From NCBI GenBank assembly GCA_041738615.1, contig JBGSPL010000001.1, forward strand, positions 10,706-74,705: a stretch of DNA of 64,000 nt, in the 5' to 3' direction. Below, piece after piece: positions 1 to 12,165 of the stretch. Every line of letters starts with the position of its first letter. Positions within the stretch are counted from its first letter, which is position 1. The notes under the pieces were generated by a model. The model made no database searches and was not told where the DNA came from. It was given only the letters and a program-made list of their open reading frames with translations. The translations under genes were made by a program, and so were the position numbers. The DNA is from Patescibacteria group bacterium. Its GTDB lineage: Bacteria > Patescibacteriota > CPR2 > UBA1875 > CAIMLA01.

Positions 1-1511
1 GCGGCATTTACACCGTAGGCGTAGTCGGCACGGTGAATAAAATCAATCCACTGTTTATTCAGAACGACTCTGAAAGAGCGGCGAGCGCCTTGATCTTCTC
101 CGGTCTTACAAGGGTAGAAAATGGTAATCAGGTAATTCCAGATGTCGCTAAGTCCTGGGAGGTGAAGGACGATGGGAAAACTTATCTTTTTAAACTCAAG
201 GATAATGTAAGGTGGCATGACGGGACTAAACTTACAGTAGAAGATATTATTTACACCGTAGAGTTGTTGCAGAATCCAGATACAAAGACCGGACTCGAAA
301 GTGTTTGGAAGGGCGTGAAGGCAGATAGGGTTGCAGAAAATGAGGTGAAATTTACCCTTCCGGCATCCTATCCAGGTTTCCTTTCGGTGGCAAGCCAAGC
401 TATACTTCCAAAACACCTACTCGGGGCGATTGATCCGAAAAATATAAAGATTGCGGAGTTCAACAATAACCCTGTTGGTACCGGGCCTTACGAGTTTGTC
501 CGTTTTGACCAGCTAGGGAGTCAGCAGGAAGTGATACTCAGAAAGAACGAACATTTTGCTATAGCAAAACCGTACCTCGATCAAGTAAAGATAGTGATGT
601 ACGAGAATGAGACCAAAGCCTACCAGGGCTTATCGCGTAAACAGATAGATGGTGTTTTTACCATTTCGGCAAATGACTTCAAAAACCTCGCTCAGATTAG
701 TGGGTCGAGTGTAGTGGAAAAGAAGCTCCTACCAGAGTATCAAATGGTTTACTTTAACCTGAAAAATACGATTTTGTCAGATAAGGATCTGCGCCTCGCT
801 TTAACGGGAGCCGTTGATAGGCAAGAAATTATCGACAAAGTTTTGCTCGGAAACGGGGAGAAGCAGGTAGGGATGTTGCTTCCTGGTCAGCCTGGATATA
901 ACCCTAAGATCAAGGGCACCGAATATAATCCGGAAGCCAGCAAGGCGGCCCTGGACAAGCTGGGATGGGTAGCGGGGGCAGACGGCATCAGGACAAAGGA
1001 AGGAAAGAAACTGAGCCTTAGGTTAGTTTATTCGGACATGTATGAAGAGCGAGAAGACGCAAAACTTCTTAAGTCGGAGCTTATGAAGGTGGGAGTGAGT
1101 TTGCAGCTCGAGGCTGTCAGTGAAGAGAAGATCGGCTCAAATTATATAAAACCACGCAACTTTGATCTGCTTCTAGTAACACAAAACGTAGGCTACACCA
1201 ATGATTGGTATAGTCTATGGGACTCGAGTCAGATTGCCACCCCAGGAATAAATATTAGCGGTTTTAGTGACAAGTCACTCGATAGGTTTGTGCAGCAAGT
1301 CCGTAAAAGCACAGATAAGAAGTATATTGCCGATAGGCTAAAGCAAGCTGAGCAGATCGTTATCGATCAGGCACCAGTGTTCTACATCTATCGACCAACG
1401 CACCTGTCTGCCCAGTCCCCACAGCTAAAGGGCTATGCCCAAACCAAGCTTGCGCTACCAACAGACGCACTGAGCAATGTTTATCGGTGGTATCTGAACG
1501 TAAAAAGCTAA
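1..1511 (+). CDS. ABC transporter substrate-binding protein, family 5 (peptide/nickel/oligopeptide type); 5' end cut by the window edge
   Basis: ORF 33..1511 stays open in frame back to nt 3. The spacing of the SWEVKDDGKTYLFKLKDNVRWHDG and GTGPYEFVRF motifs is typical of DppA/OppA-like family-5 SBPs. Confidence 0.8.
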   Translation, partial: GIYTVGVVGTVNKINPLFIQNDSERAASALIFSGLTRVENGNQVIPDVAKSWEVKDDGKTYLFKLKDNVRWHDGTKLTVEDIIYTVELLQNPDTKTGLESVWKGVKADRVAENEVKFTLPASYPGFLSVASQAILPKHLLGAIDPKNIKIAEFNNNPVGTGPYEFVRFDQLGSQQEVILRKNEHFAIAKPYLDQVKIVMYENETKAYQGLSRKQIDGVFTISANDFKNLAQISGSSVVEKKLLPEYQMVYFNLKNTILSDKDLRLALTGAVDRQEIIDKVLLGNGEKQVGMLLPGQPGYNPKIKGTEYNPEASKAALDKLGWVAGADGIRTKEGKKLSLRLVYSDMYEEREDAKLLKSELMKVGVSLQLEAVSEEKIGSNYIKPRNFDLLLVTQNVGYTNDWYSLWDSSQIATPGINISGFSDKSLDRFVQQVRKSTDKKYIADRLKQAEQIVIDQAPVFYIYRPTHLSAQSPQLKGYAQTKLALPTDALSNVYRWYLNVKS

Positions 1512-1531
1512 AAGTCGCGTTTGATAAACAA

Positions 1532-1560
1532 TTGACTATTGGGCGCCATTCGAGTATAAT
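1532..1560 (+). promoter_or_regulatory. sigma70-like promoter for the tRNA cluster (TTGACT-17 nt-TATAAT)
   Basis: TTGACT at 1532-1537, a 17-nt spacer, and TATAAT at 1555-1560, about 23 nt upstream of the first tRNA. Confidence 0.6.
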
Positions 1561-1582
1561 TTTCCATGCGAATCAGGGGTCT

Positions 1583-1669
1583 GCGGACGTGGCGGAATTG
1601 GTATACGCGCTAGCATGAGGGGCTAGTGGCCGCAAGGCCTTGGAGGTTCAAGTCCTCTCGTCCGCACCA
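1583..1669 (+). tRNA. tRNA-Leu(GAG)
   Basis: Hand-folded cloverleaf: acceptor GCGGACG/CGTCCGC, anticodon stem CTAGC/GCTAG with loop ATGAGGG (anticodon GAG), long variable arm, encoded CCA. Confidence 0.85.
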
Positions 1670-1682
1670 AATTTTACTTTGT

Positions 1683-1759
1683 GGGTGATTAGCTCAGCTG
1701 GTTAGAGCATCTCGTTTACACCGAGAGGGTCGGGGGTTCGAATCCCTCATCACCCACCA
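1683..1759 (+). tRNA. tRNA-Val(TAC)
   Basis: Acceptor GGGTGAT/ATCACCC, D-arm AGCTCAGCTGGTTAGAGC, anticodon loop TTTACAC (TAC), TPsiC arm GGTTCGAATCC, encoded CCA. Confidence 0.85.
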
Positions 1760-1773
1760 TATTATTACCACGC

Positions 1774-1849
<76 letters not shown>

Positions 1850-1897
1850 AAAACATTTACAATCTGGTTAATCCCACTCGTAGGGAATGCATTACGA

Positions 1898-1972
1898 GCG
1901 AGAGTAGCTTAGCGGTAGAGCGCAACCTTGCCAAGGTTGAGGTCGCGGGTTCGATCCCCGTCTCTCGCTCCA
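1898..1972 (+). tRNA. tRNA-Gly(GCC)
   Basis: Acceptor GCGAGAG/CTCTCGC, anticodon stem CAACC/GGTTG with loop TTGCCAA (GCC), encoded CCA. Confidence 0.85.
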
Positions 1973-1985
1973 TTATTGTTTATAC

Positions 1986-2059
1986 GGCCTGATGGCGGAG
2001 TGGTTACGCAGCGGTCTGCAAAACCGCGTACCCCGGTTCAATTCCGGGTCAGGCCTCCA
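1986..2059 (+). tRNA. tRNA-Cys(GCA)
   Basis: Acceptor GGCCTGA/TCAGGCC, anticodon stem GCGGT/ACCGC with loop CTGCAAA (GCA), encoded CCA. Confidence 0.85.
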
Positions 2060-2085
2060 ATTTAGAACAATAATTATCACTATTC

Positions 2086-2171
2086 GCCCGGGTGGTGGAA
2101 TGGTATACACGAAGGACTTAAAATCCTTTGATCTCACGATCTTGCGGGTTCGAGTCCCGCCCCGGGCACCA
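2086..2171 (+). tRNA. tRNA-Leu(TAA)
   Basis: Acceptor GCCCGGG/CCCGGGC, anticodon loop CTTAAAA (TAA), long variable arm, encoded CCA. Confidence 0.85.
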
Positions 2172-2243
2172 GAAAAGGCACTTTCAAGGTGTCTTTTCTT
2201 TATTGATATTGGTTAATCTTGTACTACAAAAGTAAATCTTTCG

Positions 2244-2708
2244 GTGTATAATGTTCTCATGAGTGAAAAAAGTGAAAGTCAGCTATCTGACGAATTCAAA
2301 AAAGACATTAACGAAAAACGAAAAAGTAATAATTTTCTAGGTACAGTGATAGCCTTTCTGGCAATCGCCCTGGTTTTTGGCACAGTGGGTGTCGCCGGAT
2401 ATCAGATGCTGGTTCGACCAGAATCGATAGAGAGCAAGAGTGCATCCGAGAAAATAGAGTCTAGACCAGCAGAGAAAAAAGAAGTTAAGACAGAGACACC
2501 ATCCACACCTGCGGCCACAACGCCTGCCCCGACTACACCCGCACCCGCTGCTACTACTTCGGAAACCACCTATACTGTAAAATCTGGAGACACCTGGAGC
2601 ACGATCGCAAACGCCAACGGTATCTCTTCTGCTAAACTGATGGAGTATAATGGTACTACCAGCGAAGATCTGCAGATAGGTCAAACTGTAAAATTACCAA
2701 AGAGTTAA
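2244..2708 (+). CDS. LysM peptidoglycan-binding domain protein with N-terminal TM anchor and a Pro/Thr/Ala-rich linker
   Basis: C-terminal YTVKSGDTWSTIANANGISSAKLMEYNG...LQIGQTVKLP matches a LysM domain. A hydrophobic segment sits near the N-terminus, followed by a PAATTPAPTTPAPAATT linker. Confidence 0.8.
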   Translation: MYNVLMSEKSESQLSDEFKKDINEKRKSNNFLGTVIAFLAIALVFGTVGVAGYQMLVRPESIESKSASEKIESRPAEKKEVKTETPSTPAATTPAPTTPAPAATTSETTYTVKSGDTWSTIANANGISSAKLMEYNGTTSEDLQIGQTVKLPKS

Positions 2709-2756
2709 GCAATAAATAAGCCTCTGCCGCAGTAGGACAGAGTATAGGAGAAGAAT

Positions 2757-3302
2757 ATGATTACTTGGGTCGTACTTGGAATCGTCGTTTTGGTAGCTGT
2801 AGTGGCTGTCGGGACTTACAATGGACTTATTACTCTTAAAAATCGTGTGCAGGAAGCGGCAAGCGACATAGACGTACAGTTGAAGCGTCGTTACGAGCTT
2901 ATTCCAAATTTAGTTAGCACAGTCAAGGGTTATGCAACTCACGAAAAAGAATTGCTTACCAAGGTTACTGCGGAACGCGCGGGTCTAATGAAGGGTTCAG
3001 CTAGTGATAAGATAGCGGCTAGCAATCAGATGACGGAAACTTTGAAATCTCTATTTGCGGTAGCAGAGAATTACCCAGACTTAAAAGCAAATACTAACTT
3101 TCTGCAGCTACAAGCCGATCTTACTGATACTCAGGACAAAATCATGGCCGCACAGCGTTTCTATAACGGTAATGTCCGTGATTTCAACACCAAGCTCCAG
3201 GTTTTCCCAACGAATCTTTATGGCCAGAGCCTAGGCTTTAAACCATACGAATTTATAGAGGCAGCTGAAGGCGAAAAGGCAAACGTCGAAGTAAACTTTT
3301 AG
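2757..3302 (+). CDS. lemA: LemA family protein
   Basis: N-terminal TM segment and conserved LemA blocks (YNGLITLKNRV, QLKRRYELIPNLV, AENYPDLKAN, RRFYNG, VRDFN). Confidence 0.85.
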   Translation: MITWVVLGIVVLVAVVAVGTYNGLITLKNRVQEAASDIDVQLKRRYELIPNLVSTVKGYATHEKELLTKVTAERAGLMKGSASDKIAASNQMTETLKSLFAVAENYPDLKANTNFLQLQADLTDTQDKIMAAQRFYNGNVRDFNTKLQVFPTNLYGQSLGFKPYEFIEAAEGEKANVEVNF

Positions 3303-3311
3303 TAGGGACAA

Positions 3312-4205
3312 GTGGCGACAACTTACACAAATATTACCGACAATAAGGTAAAAACGATTTTTTGGATTACCTTTTTTGTGGCTTTCATTATTGCTTTTGG
3401 TTACATCCTCTCAAAAGCCCTAGATATCGTCTGGCTTTTTCCTCTGGCGATAGGAATTGCCAGTTTTCAGGCAATATCCTCTTACTGGTGGAGCGACAAG
3501 ATAGCACTCGCAGTGAGTGGGGCCCAAGAAGTCGACAAGGCGGCTGATCCAGTCCTTTATCGTACGGTTGAAAATCTCTCCATAGCGGCGGGGTTACCAA
3601 TGCCGAGAGTCTACATTATAGAAGACGCGGCACCGAATGCCTTCGCCACAGGGAGAAACCCCGCGCATGCTGCCATCGCGGTAACTAGGGGATTACTAGA
3701 GAAGCTGACGAAGCCCGAGCTAGAGGCAGTGTTGGCGCATGAATTTTCACATATCGGGAATGATGACATCTTATTGTCTACAGCAATTGTGGTACTTGTA
3801 GGGGTTGTCGTAATGGTCTCGGACTGGTTTTTGCGAATTAGTTTCTGGGGAGGAGATGACGATAACAGGAATCCCTACATGATGCTTGTCGGGGTTTTGC
3901 TTGCATTACTGTCACCTCTATTCGCAACTTTGGTTCAGCTCGCTATCTCGCGAAAAAGAGAATTCCTCGCAGACGCAAGCGGGGCGTTACTTACCAGAAA
4001 CCCGGGTGCACTTGCCGACGCATTGGGGAAGATATCGGCAGATCAGGTGCCACTAAAACGCGCCGGTAAAGCTACTGCTCATCTCTATATTTCAAATCCC
4101 ATGAAGGAACATAAGGGGTCCACAAGAGGCTTGTTTGCTGGACTCTTTAGTACGCATCCCGACACAGAGGAGAGAGTACAGCGCTTACGCGAAATGGCAA
4201 TGTAA
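3312..4205 (+). CDS. htpX: M48-family zinc metalloprotease HtpX-like
   Basis: HEFSHI (HExxH) zinc motif, four hydrophobic segments, and the usual LemA-HtpX gene pairing. Confidence 0.8.
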   Translation: MATTYTNITDNKVKTIFWITFFVAFIIAFGYILSKALDIVWLFPLAIGIASFQAISSYWWSDKIALAVSGAQEVDKAADPVLYRTVENLSIAAGLPMPRVYIIEDAAPNAFATGRNPAHAAIAVTRGLLEKLTKPELEAVLAHEFSHIGNDDILLSTAIVVLVGVVVMVSDWFLRISFWGGDDDNRNPYMMLVGVLLALLSPLFATLVQLAISRKREFLADASGALLTRNPGALADALGKISADQVPLKRAGKATAHLYISNPMKEHKGSTRGLFAGLFSTHPDTEERVQRLREMAM

Positions 4206-4224
4206 ATAACAAAAAGGAGGATAT

Positions 4225-4839
4225 ATGGACGAGAACGAGCAAAAACCAGAAAAGGTACATTTTAGCCTGAAGCGGTTGGCTATGACCACACTCATTGTGG
4301 TTGTTACCGCTGGCGTGGTGTTTGGTATTACTTGGTTTATCCTGGACAAAATGACCAATGAAAACGAGGAAGCCAGTGATAAGCTTCGAATCGAGTTGCA
4401 AAAGCAAATCGATGAGCTCAGAGTGAAACTCAAGAAGGATGTGTCTTCGGCGGCCGCTACTGACCCGCTCGTATATGTTAATGACAAGTATAGTTTCCAG
4501 GTGACCTTCCCTACAGATTGGACAGGGTATAAACTACTGGAGAAGAATATTGAGGGATCTATGCAAACTTGGTATGTGGAGCTTCCCACAAAAGATTCAG
4601 CATGGGCAAAGGCGTCTTCCACAAATGATGCAGGACATGTAAGTCTGTTTGCTATTAGTGCATATACCGAACAGCAATGGAGCGACGTAAATTCCAATGA
4701 GAATAATACGAACACATTTATCAAGAAGATTGGTAGTTACACCTTTGCTTACTCTCACGCGCAGGCAGCGGCTTCAGACATAACTCAGTCCCAATCCGGC
4801 GAGGTCAAATCGATCATCTCTACATTTAAGGAAATCTAG
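4225..4839 (+). CDS. hypothetical membrane-anchored or secreted protein
   Basis: ORF with an AAGGAGG RBS and one N-terminal TM helix. I see no recognisable catalytic motif. Confidence 0.5.
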   Translation: MDENEQKPEKVHFSLKRLAMTTLIVVVTAGVVFGITWFILDKMTNENEEASDKLRIELQKQIDELRVKLKKDVSSAAATDPLVYVNDKYSFQVTFPTDWTGYKLLEKNIEGSMQTWYVELPTKDSAWAKASSTNDAGHVSLFAISAYTEQQWSDVNSNENNTNTFIKKIGSYTFAYSHAQAAASDITQSQSGEVKSIISTFKEI

Positions 4840-4844
4840 TAAAA

Positions 4845-4866
4845 GGCCCCAGAAGGGGCCTTTTTT
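4845..4866 (+). terminator. rho-independent terminator
   Basis: GGCCCC-AGAA-GGGGCC hairpin followed by TTTTTT. Confidence 0.8.
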
Positions 4867-4868
4867 GA

Positions 4869-6878
<2,010 letters not shown>

Positions 6879-6879
6879 T

Positions 6880-7152
6880 CTAATGCAAATTTCTAACTAG
6901 GTGACAATTCTTTTTCAGTTCGTCTTGTATGCCGTCATAGGTCTTTTGAGTCACTTCAAGGACTGGCCTTCCGGCGTACGGACCACTTGTTTCTGGTATT
7001 GGGTTTAAATTTCCAATCTCTCCATCGGGAATGATTCTGATTAGAGTAACTGATGATTCTTCCAGATATCTTTCTGCTGTCTCGTTCCCGTGTGCTCCTC
7101 GAATCACATCTGCAAAATCATGGCGGTCTCCCGCAGAATTTTCTGGTCCCAT
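6880..7152 (-). CDS. hypothetical small protein (90 aa), opposite strand to its neighbours
   Basis: Intact ORF with an AAGGAAG Shine-Dalgarno 5 nt before the ATG. No family recognised by eye. Confidence 0.4.
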   Translation of the reverse strand: MGPENSAGDRHDFADVIRGAHGNETAERYLEESSVTLIRIIPDGEIGNLNPIPETSGPYAGRPVLEVTQKTYDGIQDELKKNCHLVRNLH

Positions 7153-7208
7153 ATTCTTCCTTAAATTACGCTTAAATGTTATACTGATTTGGTAATTTAG
7201 GCAAACAG

Positions 7209-7499
7209 ATGAGCAAAATCACAGTAGAAGAAGTAGAAGCGCTTGCAAAACTTGCTCGAGTAGGACTTACGGACGAGGAAAAACGCTCTCTGGCGGCACA
7301 AATGTCAGAGATTCTTGATTATGCAAGAGCGCTCGATGAAGTCGACGTTCAGGATATAGCTCCTACGAGTCAGGTCACAGGACTTACTAATGTTTATCGT
7401 CAGGACATAATAGTCAGATCAGAGCTTTCTCGAGAAGAACTTCTTGCCAACGCCCCAGAATCCGAGGGTGGCTCCATCAAAGTAAAGGCGGTTCTGTAA
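7209..7499 (+). CDS. gatC: Asp-tRNA(Asn)/Glu-tRNA(Gln) amidotransferase subunit C
   Basis: About 96 aa, VEALAKLARVGLTDEE...LDYARALDEVDV pattern of GatC, translationally coupled to gatA. Confidence 0.85.
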   Translation: MSKITVEEVEALAKLARVGLTDEEKRSLAAQMSEILDYARALDEVDVQDIAPTSQVTGLTNVYRQDIIVRSELSREELLANAPESEGGSIKVKAVL

Positions 7500-8956
7500 T
7501 GAAGAATCTGCACGACATCCATAGTGAATTTGTAAAAGATAGTAAGTCCGTAGTTGCTCATACACAGGAATATTTGTTGCGCATGGACGAAGTAGAAGAT
7601 ACGTTGAATGCACTCGTTAGTGTAGTTGGTAAAGGGGCCCTGTCTTCTGCTCAAGAATCGGCCGAGAGATATAGTAACGGAAAGTCACTTTCTTTAGCAG
7701 ACGGTTCCGTAGCGACCATCAAGGATGTTTTCTGTACCAAGGGTGTCCGAACAACAGCGTCTTCCAAGATGCTCGAGGATTTTGTTCCACCTTATGATGC
7801 AACCGTGGTCTCCAAGCTGAAAGCCGCTGGCGTCGTCATAGCAGGTAAAAACAACTGCGACGCCTGGGCTCACGGTGCGAGTACCGAGAATTCTGATTTT
7901 GGTGTTACGGCAAATCCATATGATTTATCCAGAGTTTCGGGCGGATCATCTGGTGGCTCTGCCGCCGCGGTGGCCGCAGGGGAGTGCGATTTTTCCATTG
8001 GCTCTGACACGGGTGGCTCCATTCGGCAGCCGGCTAGTTTCTGCGGTGTTGTAGGACTCAAGCCCACCTATGGACGAGTATCCAGGTACGGCCTTATTGC
8101 CATGTCATCCTCGCTCGATTGTGTAGGCCCCATCGCCCGGTCTACTGCTGACATCGCGGCAATAATGGAGATTATTTCAGGACCAGATGAGAGAGATTCG
8201 ACCACGGTAGAGGTCGCAGTCCCAAACTACACGGAAGAGCTCGATAAACCCCTCAAGGGCAAGAAAATTGGCTGGGCAAAAGAGTTCTTTGAACTTGGAC
8301 TAAACGAGGAAATCAAGGCAGCAATTACCGCGGCTAGAGATGAATTTGTAAAGTTGGGGGCCAAGTTCGTTGAAATTAGCTTACCGAATCTCAAGTACGG
8401 CGTCCCTGTTTACTACCTTATCCAGCCGGCAGAGGTGAGCTCCAATCTGGGTCGTTTCGACGGGGTAAAGTATGGTTATAGCGCTACCGAAAGCGACAAT
8501 CTGATTGATAACTACTTCCGCTCGAGAAGCGAGGGCTTTGGTGCCGAGGCAAAGAGACGTATCATGCTTGGAACATTTGTACTCTCAGCCGGATATTATG
8601 ACGCGTATTATCTAAAAGCAATGAAGGTCCGCACCCTTATCAAGCAGGACTTCGAGGAGGCACTAAGCAAGGTAGACGTGATTCTGTCACCGGTTTCACC
8701 TGGCACCGCCTTTAAGATTGGTGAGAAGACCGAGGACCCTCTGGAGATGTATCTGGCGGATGTTTATACAGCCGCTGTGAATCTTGCAGGGAATCCAGCG
8801 ATTGCGCTACCTTGCGGTTTTGATAGCAACAAGTTGCCTATAGGGATGCAGCTCATCGGTCGCTATTTTGAGGAAGGTACGATAATGAATTTCTCGCACC
8901 AATATGAACAAACAACAAAGGGAGCCGGCTGGCGAAAGAATAAGGTGGTTATCTAA
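7499..8956 (+). CDS. gatA: Asp-tRNA(Asn)/Glu-tRNA(Gln) amidotransferase subunit A
   Basis: Amidase signature [12 protein letters not shown] and the catalytic Ser/Lys context. Confidence 0.95.
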   Translation: MKNLHDIHSEFVKDSKSVVAHTQEYLLRMDEVEDTLNALVSVVGKGALSSAQESAERYSNGKSLSLADGSVATIKDVFCTKGVRTTASSKMLEDFVPPYDATVVSKLKAAGVVIAGKNNCDAWAHGASTENSDFGVTANPYDLSRVSGGSSGGSAAAVAAGECDFSIGSDTGGSIRQPASFCGVVGLKPTYGRVSRYGLIAMSSSLDCVGPIARSTADIAAIMEIISGPDERDSTTVEVAVPNYTEELDKPLKGKKIGWAKEFFELGLNEEIKAAITAARDEFVKLGAKFVEISLPNLKYGVPVYYLIQPAEVSSNLGRFDGVKYGYSATESDNLIDNYFRSRSEGFGAEAKRRIMLGTFVLSAGYYDAYYLKAMKVRTLIKQDFEEALSKVDVILSPVSPGTAFKIGEKTEDPLEMYLADVYTAAVNLAGNPAIALPCGFDSNKLPIGMQLIGRYFEEGTIMNFSHQYEQTTKGAGWRKNKVVI

Positions 8957-9702
8957 TGGGTAAAAACCAGAGGTTAAAAGAACAGCGTAAAGTAGAGGGA
9001 TTGCAAAAGGAGTTAAAGAAAGAAGCTAGATGGAAGCTTACGCGTTCGATCGTAAGTGGCATCTCGGTAGGAATAATCCTTGGCTCTGCAGCATTCCTTG
9101 GAGTGAAAACCATGAATATAAAATTATTTCCTGCAAAGAAAACCGAAACGACCGCGAAAAGCTATAAGACCGGTGACCACAAATATTCCAAGGCGCCAGA
9201 TATGCAGATTGACACGGATAAAAGCTATCTTGCGAAATTCGAGACTGGACAGGGCACCTTTGAGGTGACCCTAGCCGCGAAGGATGCCCCAAAGACGGTA
9301 AACAACTTCGTGACGCTGGCTCGCGATAAATATTATGACGGTCTAACATTCCATAGAATTGTGAAGGACTTCATGATCCAGGGCGGCGACCCTGACGGCA
9401 CAGGTTCCGGAGGGCCAGGGTACAAGTTTGATGATGAAAAAGTAGTCGGTGACTATGCTCAAGGAACTATTGCGATGGCCAACAGCGGTAAGAACACCAA
9501 TGGTTCACAATTCTTTATCATGACAGGGGATTACTCTGGAGGAAAACTGCCAAAGGATTATGTGATTTTTGGCAAGGTAACTTCGGGCATGGACGTGGTG
9601 TCTAAGCTCAACCAGACTGCGACCGAGGACAACGGTTCTGGCGAAAGCTCTAAGCCCCTAGAGAAAGTTATGATAAGTAAGGTAACCATAGAGACAAAAT
9701 GA
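8956..9702 (+). CDS. cyclophilin-type peptidyl-prolyl cis-trans isomerase with an N-terminal membrane anchor
   Basis: [15 protein letters not shown] and GTIAMANSG...GSQFFI cyclophilin blocks. Start and stop codons overlap those of the neighbouring genes. Confidence 0.85.
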   Translation: MGKNQRLKEQRKVEGLQKELKKEARWKLTRSIVSGISVGIILGSAAFLGVKTMNIKLFPAKKTETTAKSYKTGDHKYSKAPDMQIDTDKSYLAKFETGQGTFEVTLAAKDAPKTVNNFVTLARDKYYDGLTFHRIVKDFMIQGGDPDGTGSGGPGYKFDDEKVVGDYAQGTIAMANSGKNTNGSQFFIMTGDYSGGKLPKDYVIFGKVTSGMDVVSKLNQTATEDNGSGESSKPLEKVMISKVTIETK

Positions 9703-10154
9703 GCGCACTTGTAGTAATTTTAGCCCTTGCAGTGCTCGTAGCCCTAATTGTTGCGATCCCGATACTTGGCGGCAGTTTTGGCAAAAAGGGTAAAGTAGTA
9801 AAGCACGGTAGCGGCGTATCTTTGGATAAAAAATTTGTTCAAAGTAAATGGGCAGAAATTGAAACCACTTTTTCTCTTGGTGGCGCGTCTCATTTAAAAA
9901 GCGCCATTATGGAAGCGGACAAGCTCGTGGATCACGTACTGAAATCCAAGGGTTTACCAGGGCAAAGCATGGGGGAGAGGCTCAAGGGGGCCAAGAAGTA
10001 TTTCGCCCATTACGCTGACTATGATAATTTATGGTTCGCCCATAAAGTCCGGAATAATATCGCCCATGAAGCTGGGCATGACCTCAATGGCGGAGAAGCA
10101 AAGAGGGCAATGGACTATTTCAAAAAAGCATTGAAGCACCTAGGAGCACTGTAA
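9699..10154 (+). CDS. hypothetical membrane-anchored protein, possibly HEPN-like (Rx4H motif)
   Basis: N-terminal TM helix. [12 protein letters not shown] resembles the HEPN Rx4-6H motif. ATGA overlap with the upstream gene and TAATG overlap with gatB. Confidence 0.4.
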   Translation: MSALVVILALAVLVALIVAIPILGGSFGKKGKVVKHGSGVSLDKKFVQSKWAEIETTFSLGGASHLKSAIMEADKLVDHVLKSKGLPGQSMGERLKGAKKYFAHYADYDNLWFAHKVRNNIAHEAGHDLNGGEAKRAMDYFKKALKHLGAL

Positions 10155-11629
10155 TGAATAAATACGAAGTTGTAATCGGATTAGAGGTTCATGTTCAACT
10201 AAAGACTGTGAGCAAGATGTTTTGTGGCTGCGACAACAAGTCAGTTAATGCCGAACCAAATATGAACGTTTGCCCAGTCTGCCTAGGGATGCCTGGGATG
10301 TTACCAGTAGCAAACAAGAAAGCTATAGAATGGACGTATCTCTTGGGTATGGCTCTCGGAGGCGAGATCTCGGATTACTGGAACTTCGAACGCAAAAATT
10401 ATTTTTACCCAGACCTCCCAAAAGCGTATCAGATTACCTCAGCTACAAATCCTCCTGTCATAGGTGGTGGTCTCACGGTTGTTGCCGACGGTACGGAGAG
10501 ACAAGTACGAATCCATCACATTCACCTAGAGGAGGATGCGGGTAAACTGGTACATCCTAGTGGTAAGCAGTACAGCTTGGTTGATCTAAACAGGGCCGGT
10601 ACCCCACTGATGGAAATTGTTACAGAGCCTGATCTACGTAGTGCTAGTGAGGCACGGATATTTATGCAGGACTTACAGTCGATTTTGCGTTACCTCGGCA
10701 TCTCAGATGCAAATCTAGAACAGGGAAATATGCGCTGCGATGCCAACATTAGCCTACGACCCGTAGGCCAAAAAGAATATGGCACTAGAGCTGAAATCAA
10801 GAATATCAATTCCTTCAAGATGGTGGAGAGGGCAATCAATTACGAAGTAGAACGTCAGACAGAGATTCTAGATGCTGGAGAAAAAGTGAAGCAGGAAACT
10901 CGAGGCTGGGATGACAACAAGGGGAAGACCCTCCCTCAACGTAGCAAGGAAGAGGCAAACGATTACCGATACTTTCCAGAACCCGACTTGCCTCCAGTCA
11001 AACAGGGCGGGGGGAGTATAATTGACATAGAAGCTATTGGGTCCATGCTGCCCGAGCTGCCCAAGGAAAAGGCTAGTAGGTTCCTTTCTGATTACGGTTT
11101 GTCTACTATCGACGCCGAGACCATAACCAGCGACCTTGAAACAGCGCGTTACTTTGAACAAGTATTAGAGGAAATGCCGGAAATCGCAGGCAATTCGGAA
11201 CTCGCCAAAACAAAGGCGAAAAAGGTTTCCAATTGGCTTCTTTCGGAGCTCATTGCAAAGCTAAACGAAGCCTCTACCGGTATAAGTGACACTAAGATTA
11301 ACCACAAGGATTTTGCAGCGCTCATTACACTGATTGACTCAGGGGATATTAGCGGTAAGATAGCCAAAGAAGTCTTTGCGGAAATGTTTGAGAGCGGCCA
11401 GAGTCCTGAGGCTATTGTGAAGGAGAAGGGACTGGTTCAAATCAGTGACACGGGTGCAATCGCAAAGATTGTCGAAGAGGTTGTGGCCGTTAATGAAAAA
11501 TCAGTCTCTGATTTTCGCGAAGGGAAACAACAGGCGTTCGGTTACCTAATAGGTCAGGTTATGGCAAAAACACGGGGCCAGGCAAACCCTAAGCTTGTAA
11601 ACGAAATATTACGTGAGAAACTAAAATAG
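10154..11629 (+). CDS. gatB: Asp-tRNA(Asn)/Glu-tRNA(Gln) amidotransferase subunit B
   Basis: GatB/GatE catalytic N-domain (EVVIGLEVHVQL, FCGC...C) and C-terminal YqeY-like tail. Confidence 0.95.
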   Translation: MNKYEVVIGLEVHVQLKTVSKMFCGCDNKSVNAEPNMNVCPVCLGMPGMLPVANKKAIEWTYLLGMALGGEISDYWNFERKNYFYPDLPKAYQITSATNPPVIGGGLTVVADGTERQVRIHHIHLEEDAGKLVHPSGKQYSLVDLNRAGTPLMEIVTEPDLRSASEARIFMQDLQSILRYLGISDANLEQGNMRCDANISLRPVGQKEYGTRAEIKNINSFKMVERAINYEVERQTEILDAGEKVKQETRGWDDNKGKTLPQRSKEEANDYRYFPEPDLPPVKQGGGSIIDIEAIGSMLPELPKEKASRFLSDYGLSTIDAETITSDLETARYFEQVLEEMPEIAGNSELAKTKAKKVSNWLLSELIAKLNEASTGISDTKINHKDFAALITLIDSGDISGKIAKEVFAEMFESGQSPEAIVKEKGLVQISDTGAIAKIVEEVVAVNEKSVSDFREGKQQAFGYLIGQVMAKTRGQANPKLVNEILREKLK

Positions 11630-11637
11630 GAGTCTAT

Positions 11638-12165
11638 ATGGATATTATTGCAGAGTACATTGCCGCCTTGGTAAAATTTTCAAAGATACTCCCATGGGCG
11701 ATTATTGGCCTAGTCCTCGGCTGGATTATAATCAGAATAATCATTCATTTTTTGAAACGTGCACTCAAAATTACTCGAGTTCACGCCGATCTAAGAGGTG
11801 TTATCATTACGGTCGCAAGGTTCGTGCTATGGATAGTACTTGTTATAACGATAGCGCAGGGACTTGGATTTGGAGGGCTCGCAGTCGCTTTGTCTGGTTC
11901 GGCGGCAGTTGTTGCCTTCTTTCTTTCCGCTAGTGTGGGGCCATTGCTCTCCAATCTATTCGCAGGGTTGTTTCTCGTGAGTGACCCAGATATCAAAGTA
12001 GGGATGAGAGTTACCACCAACGATGGCAAAACCACGGGCACCATCCGAGGTATAGATATGCGGAAAGTTCGAATTGAAGACGACAAAGGACTTCTGCACG
12101 TAGTCCCAAACTCATTAGTTGAAGGTACTGAGTGGATTATCTTGGATAGAAAAGACCAGAAATAG
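11638..12165 (+). CDS. small MscS-family mechanosensitive channel
   Basis: Three TM helices followed by an MscS beta-domain-like segment (GMRVTTNDGKTGTIRGIDMRKVRIEDDKG). Confidence 0.6.
   Translation: MDIIAEYIAALVKFSKILPWAIIGLVLGWIIIRIIIHFLKRALKITRVHADLRGVIITVARFVLWIVLVITIAQGLGFGGLAVALSGSAAVVAFFLSASVGPLLSNLFAGLFLVSDPDIKVGMRVTTNDGKTTGTIRGIDMRKVRIEDDKGLLHVVPNSLVEGTEWIILDRKDQK

Noticed and set aside
1992-2216. 74-aa + strand ORF
   Set aside because: It lies entirely across tRNA-Cys and tRNA-Leu(TAA), so it is a reading-frame artefact.
2337-2684. 115-aa Cys/Arg-rich - strand ORF
   Set aside because: It is antisense to the Pro/Thr/Ala-rich linker of the LysM protein, so it is a compositional artefact.
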